From positions 2,232,001 to 2,296,000 of the forward strand of contig NC_043012.1 in the NCBI RefSeq assembly GCF_006345805.1: a DNA stretch of 64,000 bases, written 5' to 3'. Positions 39,501 through 51,100 of the stretch are shown piece by piece. Origin of the DNA: Octopus sinensis. Lineage: Eukaryota. How positions within the stretch are numbered: position 1 is the stretch's first letter; every line of letters begins with the position of its first letter. The position numbers and the translations under genes are program-made. Below the pieces are notes generated by a model. That model searched no databases, was not told the DNA's origin, and saw only the letters and a list, made by a program, of their open reading frames with translations.

Positions 39501-40394
39501 GCTTAGTGTACGAGATATGTCACCGTATCTAACTTATTACCTTATTTTGCTTTTTTCGACTTTCATATATATTCTATCGTACCCATCCCAGTCGGAGTTT
39601 TGTACTCTCGCCAAACCCTGACCGCAATGTGGTCTCAAATTCTGCTTCAAGCTGTTATTCAATTCTGTTGGCTGTTAATGCTATTGAAAACTCAAGCCGA
39701 TTTGTGAACCTCTGTGCAGTCTTTCAACCAGGTAGAAAGGAGCAGCTAAATATCTTTTAAACGATACCCTGCCATTTTAATTAAAGGAAAGATAGTCTTT
39801 GGAATACTGCCTAAGAAATGGGAAGGGGTCACGGCTAGAACATTTTTGATTATGTCTGCCTATTGACCTAGGCCTAAACAACAAAAATAACATGAGAAGC
39901 TCATTAATATCCCTTATCTTCTACCTTAAATATATGGGACTCTGTGCCAGGTTGTGGAAAAGGAAGAAGTTGTTGGAGGCTCAAGAATTTTCAGGAATCT
40001 CAGAAAATATTTGTAAATGTCGAAAACTACGTACACTGCATGAAAAGGGATTCGAAAGAATTTCTGCACCCATCTGATTAAATTCTTATATGGGGCCCTG
40101 CATAAAGGAATTCTTTGTTATTAAATGTCAGAATTGGAAGAGCATCGGACAAAATAAAATAACTTTGTATTTCATTGTATCTCTGTTCAAAGTCGACTTT
40201 GCCCTTCATCCTTCTTGGATCAACTTGTAAGCTTGTTTGTGACTCAACACTGATGTTGATAGATATAATTGACTGTCTCCCTCCATTCCACGCTATCTCC
40301 TGGCCTTGTACCTATCTACAAAATCATTTAGTAGTATGTGACAGAAAACCACAGAGCTTGTTGCTTCAGTGTGGATTTTTAACCCCACCCATGA

Positions 40395-40438
<44 letters not shown>

Positions 40439-42639
40439 CTTTAAAGAAATGCTGTTTTAAGTGGTTTTATATGTTAAATATCAGCGATACAGGATCTGTA
40501 ACAAAAAAAAAGAAGTAAAAGTCAAACAGTGTAAAAAGTACTTTAAAATAAGGAATCTCAATTCAGAGGAAAAGAATACGTATATAATGTAATAGCTTGG
40601 CTCTGTTACTTTAAAAAAAATTATGAAATGTGTATATTCAATAATGAAAGCATTAAGTAATTGTATGGTTTCACTTTTCTGGCAGTTTAAAATACTCTTT
40701 AAATTTAAGGAGGTTATGAATATTATTACAAATGCCAATAATATATTAATTTATATACTTCAAATACAAAGCATATTTATATGTATATTTAAGAGAAATT
40801 TTTCATATCATTTTGGGCAAACATATTAAAAAATACGCATAAAGCAGCTGCAAATTCTCTAATTCTAATGAGGTTTTAGCTTAAAAAACAAAGATGATAA
40901 GATAGGAAGCTTAAACGGTGTACACTTGGTGTCATACAGATCTAGGTTCAAATCACACTTGCATAAACTCTTCTTTCATTGCATTGTAGTAATGGATAAA
41001 GGCAGAGCTGTTGGGGATTGAGGGACGACTGGTCATGTCTACCATTACTTCTCAAATGATCCAAACAGGTTGTTGCTTGTCGTAAAAGGAAAACATTTTG
41101 ACAGTTTGGAACTCGCAGAAGCTTTGTCCTAACAGTTACGACATGAACGCTGATAGTGTGATCGGAGATGGAGATATCAACTACATGTGGTGCAGCAGTG
41201 AATCTGATATGGTTTCAAATCCCAGCTATGCCTGTTTCGCATCCCATGTGCTTACGACATTCATATATCTATGTTTTTCATTAAAAACAACTCAGAAAAG
41301 CCATAGGTATGAACGTCACAAACTCCCCTCATACCCCATCTGGTTTCATACCTATTTAAGAAATTTTCATGTATTGCTAGGTTCTGCCTTTTGTCATCTG
41401 TGGGCTCGGCATGCATGAACCTGTTGTAAGGTTCATGCCTTATCTTTCTTGGATTTAATTTAATTGAATGATTTACAGGTGTTGGACTTGTGTGAAGCAT
41501 TTAGTCTCTACATATGAGTCATCGAAGGGGTCTCTACGTGGTTGCACGATTGGCTAGAAATAGCAATCAAACCTCATCATACCCGCTAAGTTTCATCTAT
41601 TCTATGTATGAGAAAAGATGGGACGATCATGGATGGAATGTCTTTGATTATAGGTCTACACAATCAGATCTATTTAAAAAAGAAGAAAAAACGAAACTGA
41701 TTCCTTTCTTTCTCCTGTTGTCTTTCACATATCCATTTAACACGTACATAAACACACATTAGTCGCATGGGCACATGCACTGGCGTAGGAAAGTTATCCT
41801 CAGTCACAATGGAAACCTGTGAAGTATGATGACAGCTACATGTCTGTCTTAGAGTGCTTAAAAGAAATGGAGAGGATTATATACATATGTTTGTGTGTGT
41901 GTGTAATCACTATCCTAAGATTATTCTTAGGGTTTAGAAAGAAAAGAATAGGAGGAGGTGATAAACTAAATTAATCCTGTCTTTATTGGCTAAACACTGT
42001 CTGGTGTGTTAAGTAAGCAATTGTTCTGGGAGGTGGAAGGGGTGGGGGGGAGTAGGGTTAGAATAAGAAAAGGAGAAATGTTTTAGCGAGACATCAAAAG
42101 GTGAGATGAAGAAGAAAGAATGCACTGTGCAGGTGTCTGTTGCTGTTTTAGCCCTGGCTCAACTCTAATCCGGCAGACATATAATCAAGTGTTCCATCTA
42201 TATCAACGTTGTCTTGGTGCCACTTCAGTATGTATGCTACCTGTCCAGTTTACACTTAACCTTGCAATCTAACTCTAAACCCTAACCAAAATGAGGTAAT
42301 TTCACAGCGTAAGCTACAGACACAATACTGTGAGAGACTGCATGCTAAAGTAGTTCCTTTTTCTTTTCAACTACAGGCTATTTAGGAACTGTGATTTAGC
42401 CTTTCTAGTAAGGTAGTAGTTGTCATTTGAGGGATATCTAGTTGCTATTTTCAGCAATTTCAGCCAGTGCATTGAGACTCACTCAATGGTTCTCATATAC
42501 TGTGTAAGTTTACTTGTGAGCTTTGTAATGTATTCAACAAAATTCAGAGAAGCAGCGGTTTTAATAATCATAAGAAGCACCGTTCAAGCGTTGGGCCTGA
42601 TGGAGGCAGTGACAGGTGATATACTATGCTTGTGTAGAC

Positions 42640-42897
42640 CTGCCAAGCCAAGTGAGGCTGTAGTCATGACCGATGCCGGTGTCAGATCAATGGGACCTGT
42701 GTCGGTGGCATGTAAAAAACACCCATTATATTCTCGGAGTGGTTGGCATTAAGAAGGGCATTCAGCTGTAGAAACCTTGCCAAATCAGATAGGAACCTGG
42801 TGCAACCCCCCTTTCATCTGGCCTACCAGTTCTCAGTCAAACCGTCCAACCCATGCCAGCATGGAAAGCGGACAGTAAATGATGGTGATGATGAAGA
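42640..42897 (+). mobile_element. SINE-like family D copy
   Basis: gagtggttggcattaagaagggcattcagctgtagaaac...catggaaagcggac..aaatgatggtgatgatg. Confidence 0.82.
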
Positions 42898-43676
42898 AGT
42901 GAGAGAAGGAAGGTGCTGGTGTAATTGATGACTTGCTTTGTCAGGTGGATGGCTTTTGTCTTTTGAACTACAGTCTTTGGTGTGAATGTAGTGAGTGACC
43001 CACTTCAGATAATGTGAATAAGTTCCCTGCTATAAGGATGACAAAACATTGGTGGCAGAGTGGGGGTGTTCAGTATCTGCTAATTAGCTTAGTAATTTAA
43101 TGTAAACACACAGAAAGGAATACACTCACATAACTCATATGCACTTGTACAGATACGAATGTGTATATACATGTAGATAAATACACACACACACATGTAT
43201 AAAGTAAGATAGAGAGAGGAGGTATTTAGGCATGTGTATATAATGCATACTGGTTGTCTAATCTGGGGCATAATACTGCAAAGAACTTGGTAGTCACCAT
43301 TACTTTAGGATAATTAAAGCTGTGGCATTAGTCTGCATGATAGATATGGAACACAATTAAACACCTTAGTAAAATAACATCACACAAGCGTGCAAAGACA
43401 TCTGTGTGATTTGATCTTGGTTTTCTTTTTTTTTCTTTCTTTGTTCCATTTTCGCATCATCCTTCTTTGCACTTTGCTTCGGTTCTCTTTTTTTTCTTCA
43501 GGTTTTCTCAAAGACCAGCATCTTGGTTTTTTAATGCATCTAACAATATCCACTAAGCCTGAAAAATTGCTTGGTGATTCATGGCATGTTATATAAATCT
43601 GCTAATTTATAGTATACCTACAGCATGAAACTTTTAGTAGCTCTTTTGTAAGTTGTGTATATTAAATGGTATTTTT

Positions 43677-44038
43677 CTGGGTTCAGTCCCACTGCGTGGC
43701 ATCTTGGGCAAGTGTCTTCTGCTATAGCCCCGGGCCAACCAATGCCTTGTGAGTGGATTTGGTAGACGGAAACTGAAAGAAGCCTGTCGTATATATGTAT
43801 ATATATATATATGTGTGTGTATATGTTTGTGTGTCTGTGTTTGTCCCCCTAGCATTGCTTGACAACCAATGCTGGTGTGTTTATGTCCCCGTCACTTAGC
43901 GGTACGGCAAAAGAGACCGATAGAATAAGTACTGGGCTTACACAGAATAAGTCCCGGGGTCGATTTGCTCGACTAAAGGCGGTGCTCCAGCATGGCCGCA
44001 GTCAAATGACTGAAACAAGTAAAAGAGAGTAAAGAGAT
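43677..44038 (+). mobile_element. SINE family A, young copy
   Basis: gggttcagtcccactgcgtggcatcttgggcaagtgtctt (CORE-like)...gactgaaacaagtaaaagag. Confidence 0.95.
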
Positions 44039-46411
44039 ATAATCACTGTCATTGATTTAATGTCTACTCTTCCATGCTCGCATGGGTCAGACAGTTTTAT
44101 TGAGGCAAATTTTCTATGTCCAGATGCCCTTCCTGTTGCAAGCTCTCACCTTTTTTTCGTTTAACACATAATTTGATTTTTAAGGAGATTTGACTGCTAT
44201 TTCTGGCACGCAATCAAATCACTGTGACTCTCTTGTTTGTTCATATGAGCAAAGTTAATTAGTTTGATGCAGGAGAGAGTATGGATACCCTGGGATGCAT
44301 TAGTAGTGGTTGGCTGTAGCTACCACAAATATATTCAATCTTAGATATTGTATCTCTCAAATTATTGAAGTTGTCAGCTGATGAAATTCTAGCCATGTCT
44401 CAGATATTGTTTTACTAAAGTTTGCCAAAATTGGTACTTGTATCAGATAGATTTTCTCTACCTGATTTTTGTTCTTTTTAACAGATATTGTATATCCAGG
44501 ACTAAATTAATGTAATGTGTCACTTTTTAAGACAGTAGTGAGTGATTTAAGGGAGATATGGCTGCTATTTCTTTAGATCAAGTAACCATGGAAAGGTTCC
44601 TTCTTTTCCTCATCATTTAAATCTGTTTCAGTGCTGGCATGTGTTGGACACAATGACATTTTAGAGAAAAAAAGCAATGCAGAATTAGGCTTTAATTAAT
44701 TACAATAATGAGGCTTTCTTAATTAAAATAATGAGGCATTGTTCAGTTGTATTTAAACAGGCATAACACCCCAATGTGGGCAAGTTAGTACATTTATATA
44801 GTATTGGAATTAAATGTTGTTTAGACCAGTGATAAAACAAATGTTGTTTCATCACAGGTCAGTCCTGATGAGCCAAACCTGTGATGAAATGTATTTCAAT
44901 TGTGATCATCCCATCTTTTTATAGAGCGGTTGTATACTGTCAACTTAACGTGACAGTCCCGTAAAGGAAATCACACCACCGCTATTTAGCCCTAGGAAGC
45001 ATCGACGCTTCCTGTCGGCTTTGACACATTTCCTGTGTCCTTATATTTACGAAGGGGGAGACAAGCACCCCCAACAGCTAGATCTAATGTCTTTTACTAG
45101 TTCAAGACAGTTGGATATGATTTGAGAGTTTTTTGGCTGCTATTTCCAGCATGTTGAGTAACCATTTAGAAACTTCTTCATTGAACAATTGATGTCCTTG
45201 CTAATGCTATGCATTCAACTGTCAAACAGTGGGGCCTGTTGTCAACCACTGACATTGAGACACACTTGTGTATTTGGCCTTGGAGACACAACACAATGTT
45301 TGTTGTACGAAGGTTACATGATCCAATAGTTCAGATTTGTAATGGGTAGCAATATAAAAGAAACCAACATTAGATGATGCTAGAACAATACTAGTCTCCT
45401 CCTCCTCCTGATCAAAATCATCATCATCAGTTATTTACATTTTCTATGTTGATAGGAGGCTGTACAGATCTATAGGATTGGTTTTGTTCTCTAGTCATTC
45501 TACATTGTTAATTCATAGTGTTGTAGCTTCGTCATAATCTATCTCGTATCCTCTCAGTCCCAGTATCAGCTGATGTTACTTCACCATTTCTAACATGTGT
45601 CCAGTCGTTGCAGTCACTTTGTACACCATGTCACAACAAACTGGTGTGTAAACCAGATGTTTTCACAACCTCCTGGAATTCATGTTATTCATACACTGAA
45701 CCATGTAAACAACAACTTATAAGATACAATTGTATACAATTGTATCTTAACCATTTAACATTTAAACTGACCATATCCTACCCAAATATTCTACTTGATT
45801 TATGTTCAAACTGGCCTCTCACACCTATCCTACAATGTCATCCTCAACATAATCATCATCAAATGATGATTAATTTAAAACAGTGTGAATAAATAAGCAT
45901 TACATTTGACAGAGTAATCTGAATGCTAAGTAGCTAAGTTATTATCTCTTGGTTTGTAGAAATACCACCCCCAAATCCTTTGAGGTTTACCTAGATTGTA
46001 GGTCAGCCAAATCCCCTGCCTGACTTATAAGATACAATTAATTTTCCATGCTTTGCATGTGTCACACAAAGTTTGTTGTAACATTTCCCAAGGCTTCATG
46101 CTCTTCCCATTGCCAACCCTCAAGTGTTTCCAAGCAAGTAATGTTGCCCTTAGTTTTCCAAACAGAACAATGGCCAGAAGGATGCAACTGAACCACACCC
46201 ATTGAATGATGATGACAAATGTGAGATGCCAAGACAATGACCTTCATTCACACACACTTCATCATCGTTATTTAAGATCCGCCTTCATGTATGAATAGTT
46301 TGTGTGTGTCTCCCCTCTCTCTCTCTCTCTCTATCGCCCCCCTCTCTCTCTCTCTCTATCGCCCCTCTCTCTCTCTCTCTCTATCGCCCCCCTCTCTCTA
46401 TATATATTTTA

Positions 46412-46617
46412 TTCTTTTACTTGTTTCAGTCATTTGACTATGGCCATGCTGGAGCACCACCTTGAAGGGTTTTAGTCAAACAGATCAACCCCCAGGACTT
46501 ATCTTTTTAAAGCCTAGTACTTATTCTATTGGTCTCTTTTACCAATCCGTTAAGTTACAGGGACATAAACACACCAACACAGGTTGTCAAGCTTTGATGG
46601 GGTGGTGGCAAACACAG

Positions 46618-46625
<8 letters not shown>
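46412..46625 (-). mobile_element. SINE family A, 3' half
   Basis: Reverse-complement tail. Confidence 0.85.
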
Positions 46626-46683
<58 letters not shown>

Positions 46684-47603
46684 TTTATATACATATATCA
46701 TAAGTGTTGCTGATTTTTCTCTAGTTCAAAGAACAAATTATTTAGGGAACATTTGGATTGAGTGTTCATAATGAGGACCTGCTTATTTTTAGGGGCTGAA
46801 AACTCTTAAAGGTTTCAAGCATTTTACAGAACCTCTATCCTTTGATAAGTGTATTAAAGGTTCTGGAAACTTCTCTCCTATCTGAAATGTTGGTTATTTG
46901 TTGTTGTATGAGAAGTGTAATTCTGACAAACGACCTGCTTTGTATGATGGAATATGAGCCTAAAATTCTGAGCGGAAGTAAGGCAGTAGATTAGATCTAT
47001 CAAGTGTTGTGTGCTTGTGGGAAAAAAAAAAGTAAACTGTAGAGGTATAGGATGTGTTATTAGCTGCTCATTTAATTTCACCTAGTTCTATCAAATGATA
47101 GCCAAAGAAACAATTTAGAATTAGCCCTGTGTATGTGCATACATGCATGTGTGTGTATGTATATATACACACATACATATGCATATACACTAGCCTTAAA
47201 TTGTTGCAGTTAGCAGGAAATTAACTCTGAATAAAATAAAAATTTGAAGAGAATAATTATGTAAGCTTTTATTCTCAGCAGTCTAGCCAAATATTGAAGA
47301 AGATGAAAGGATAAATGTTAAAATGCTTATATTAATGATTGTGAAGTTGTATTTGGCTAACATATTAATATTTAATTAAAAACCTTTTGCAGTGTGACGT
47401 GGTTATTTTTTAAATGCCTAAGAGCAGTGGACCAGAAGAATGATCTGTGTTGGACAAAATGCATTGCTGTTTTTTAAGTTCAGATCATGCTAAGACCGGG
47501 GGTTGATAAAATAAGGACCAGGTATACAGACTTCTGTCTGTGTAATTGACTATATTTCTCTCAAGTTTTTGGCCTTGTGTCTGCGATACAAATTAACATA
47601 TTA

Positions 47604-47855
47604 CATCCCCAACCTTTTTTGCATCACAGACTGGTTTCATGCAAGACAATTTTTTCACAGACCAGGGGGATCACACAAAACATAATAAAGTGCATAATAT
47701 TTAATTTAATTATTACATATATAATGCAAAACCACCCTACAGATTGTGATAATCAATAAAATAGAAATAAAATGTTAAAACTTCTTTTTGTGTGGTCCAG
47801 TACCAAATGAGCCATGGCTTAGTACTGTTCTGTGACCTGGTGTTAGGGACTCCTG
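47604..47855. mobile_element. hAT (Charlie/MER1-like) MITE, decayed
   Basis: Ends ccccaaccttttttgcatcacagactggtttcatgcaagacaattt and gacctggtgttagggactcctg resemble the MER1/Charlie3-type termini (CCCCAACC...GGTTGGGGACCCCTG); comparison is from recall. Confidence 0.65.
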
Positions 47856-49621
47856 CCTTTTAGTATATAGTTACACTTCTTTATGTTCTGGTTTTGATTC
47901 TAGCCAAAGTCAACTTTGGCTTTCTTCCTTCTGTCAGTCAATAACATTTGTACTGGGAGTTAATCAGAATTGACCACGCCCTTTCCCAAAATTTGAGGCC
48001 TTTTTATCTAGTTCAAAAGCCAATATTTTACATCTATTCCGAATAATAGCTTCATTAAATGTATAACCTTAAGTGGAGTGTCCAACAGGCTCATCAATGA
48101 TTCACTGTATTGAAAATGAAAAATGTTAGCCTCCACAGGTGTGTTCCATATATTAATAGCTAAGTGCTGAAAACTTCTGTTCAGTGTATAATGTAAGTTG
48201 GCATCTGCCATTGTGAAGTGGACATGTATAGTTGTATGACAGTTCCTAATCAGGGATCCCTATTGGCTTCAGCCGGGATGCATAGTCTAGTAATGAGTTT
48301 TCTAAAGCAGTTTCCCATTACTATGTCCAAGACCAAAGGAAGTTTAAAGCTCACTGCTAAAAATTGATGAAACAAGATTGACAATCATTTGAGCACTGGA
48401 CAAAATGTGGTATTTGTTTTGATACTTTATATTCTGATTTCAAATCCCACCAAGGTTAGCTTGGCAGTTTTGCTTTCATTCTTCTGGGGTCAATAAAATG
48501 AAGGACAAATCAAGTAATTCCATTGCCTAATTTGTGGCCTTTGCTTATGTTAGAAACAATTAAAAAGGTAAATTAGTAAAATCAATAATGTGAAGGATAA
48601 AACACTTTGCAGTATTTAGTTGCATGCCTTTAAGTTCTAAGTTCAAACCCAGTCTTCCTTGACTTTGCTTTTTATCTATGTAGGGCCAATAAAATAATTA
48701 CCAGTTGAATACTGAGTTGATCTAATTGGTTATATGTTCTTCCCACCTAATTTGAGACCTTGTACCTATGCTGATCAATTATCAGAGTCTCTATGGTTTA
48801 ATAGAGTTGAACTATATACCCTATGTTACCTGTTTACAACTTATTGGATTGAACAGTTGAGAGATATTTGTGTGTCCCCGTGTCCTTGTCTTGTTATCCT
48901 GTGATAGTTGTAAATGAGTGTCACCATCACAGAAACAGTGTTGTTTGTTTCAAGTTTCTTTGGAAAAGTATTCAGTCAAGGGGAACTGTTACCTTGCTTG
49001 GAAACAAGTGAGGGCCACCAACAGGAAGGGCATCTGGCTGTAGAAAATCTACTTCAACGAATTCCATCTGATCCATGCAAGCATGGAAAACTGGACATTG
49101 GAATGATAGTGATGAATAGAAAAGTGTCCTAAAGTACTTGTGTTTCTTTGTAGGATCTATTTTCCTTCAAATAACTGAGAGGGTAGTCACACCATTTAAA
49201 AATGTAGAGCTGACAACTGAAAGTTGTTTTTTTGAAACCAATATCTGCTTAAAAATAACCCTATGTAACACAAAACTCCATCCAAACCTTCACTGAATGC
49301 TTGTAATTTTGCCTTTCATGTAGATGAATATTAAAATCAATCCTTTTGGAAGCACTGTATTGAGCTAGGTATAATAGTACACATTCTATTAACAACTTGG
49401 CAGAAATGAAACTACTTGTTTCTCAATTTTACAGTTGGGTGGTTGGCATCTAGGAAAATGTTTCTAACTGTAAACCACCTATTTCAGAAAATCATGCACA
49501 GTTTGGTTTGATTTTTCACCCGCTTTCATTCTTAAAATAATGTTAACTAAGCAATGAAGAAACTTCCATGTGGTTGCTCCAGCTTTCAGAAACAGCAGTC
49601 AAGTCTACCTCATATTACACG

Positions 49622-49774
49622 AGCATGGGCAACCTTTTTCTAGAAGAGGGGGTCAGATGAAACACAGCTCATCATCAGGCAAGCTGCACTACTCAAAAAA
49701 AAAAAAAATTCAAGGTGATTTTTGTTAAGCGTGCTATTCAGAAAGTCCCAGGGATCACATTTTGCCCATGGCTG
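49622..49774. mobile_element. hAT-like MITE (GCATGGGCAA termini); relatives at 55005-55127 and from 59531
   Basis: gcatgggcaac...ttgcccatgg; the three copies share aaattc.aggt.atttt.gt. The 59531 copy follows TTCTAGAT (Charlie-type nTCTAGAn target). Confidence 0.7.
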
Positions 49775-50339
49775 GCCTACAATCTAGGTAAACCTCAAAG
49801 GATTTGGGGGTGGTATTTCTACAAACCAAGAGATAATAACTTAGCTACTTAGCATTCAGATTACTCTGTCAAATGTAATGCTTATTTATTCATACTGTTT
49901 TGAATTAATCATCCATTATCTCATGGCTTCAATATTTTGAAGATGATTATGTTTAGGATGACATTGTAGGATTGGTGTGAGAGGCCAGCTACATTGGCCA
50001 GTTTGAACATAAATCAAGTAGAATATTTGGGTAGGATATGGTCAGTTTAAATGTTAAATGGTTAAGCAAGTTTGAAAGTTTGCTTCAAATTTTAAGGTTG
50101 TTTCCGAATAATTCTACATTCATACTTGAATTGTTTGTCTGATAATATTAACCAAACCATTACATTTGTGTGCTGAACACATTATTGAGGTATTGTTTTA
50201 CAGCCAGATCCCTTTCTTGTCACCTATCCTTTACTTGTTTTTCAAATAAGAGTTTTCTTTTTTTTTTTTTGCTTCAGTTGCTTTCAAAATGCAGAGTTAG
50301 AAGATGATTTTTTTTTGCCCCATCCTCTCTCAAAAAATT

Positions 50340-50645
50340 TTGTCTTGCAAGTTATTTGGTAACCCTGTCAGTGCAGATACCACTTAAAAAGCATCTGGTT
50401 TACACTGTAAAGTGGTTGGCGCTTGGAAGAGCATTCAGCTGTAAAAACTTGTGAAAACTGACCTCACCTGTGCTTGTGCCACGTAAAAAGCACTAAGTCC
50501 ACTCTGCTGGGTGGTTGGCATTAGGAAGGGCATCCAGCTGTAAAAATCCTGCCAATACAGTCACAAAAGTCTGGTGCAGGCTTCTCCTTAGCTGGCTTCT
50601 GTCAAACCGTCCCCCCATGCCAGCATGGAAGGCCTATGTTAAACT
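50340..50645 (+). mobile_element. SINE-like family D copy with a duplicated internal unit
   Basis: gtggttggc...gcat.cagctgtaaaaa occurs twice. Confidence 0.75.
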
Positions 50646-50904
50646 TTGCAAAAAAAAAATGTCAACAAATATGTCTGTTTTTTTACTGAATATTTTCATG
50701 AGACGAGGAATGTAAACATTCACACATGATGGACTACAAGTAGTTTCTGTCTTTCAGTTGCACTCACAGGGCATTGATTGGTTTGAAGCTTTAGTAGATG
50801 ACACTTATCCAGGGTCCCATACAGAGAGATAAATCTTATATGGTCATTATTATGTTTACTGAAATTAAATTTGATTAGTTGTCATTATTATTGATTAGGC
50901 TAAG

Positions 50905-51100
50905 TTGGCAAGCTGGCAAAATGTTTAGCAGTATTTTGCCCATCTTTATGTTCTGAGTTCAAATTCCACCATGGTCGACTTTACTTTTTATCCCTTCAGG
51001 GTCAGTAAAATAAATACCAGTTGTTCACTGGGGTCAGTGTAATTGACTTAATCCCTCTCCTGAAATTGATGGTCTTGTACCAAAATGTGAAAACATTATT
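50905..51100 (+). mobile_element. SINE family C copy
   Basis: ctggcaaaatgtttagc...ttctgagttcaaattcc...gtcgactttac...ccagtt..cactggggtc. Confidence 0.8.

Noticed and set aside
42270-42290. Interstitial telomeric repeat (also ~23640 and ~34375)
   Set aside because: Only 1-3 degenerate TTAGGG/CCCTAA units, which is expected by chance or within repeats.
47425-47470. Tim8/Tim13-like word DLCWTKCI
   Set aside because: It overlaps a degenerate SINE-C head (ggacaaaatgc) and hits a stop within a few codons.
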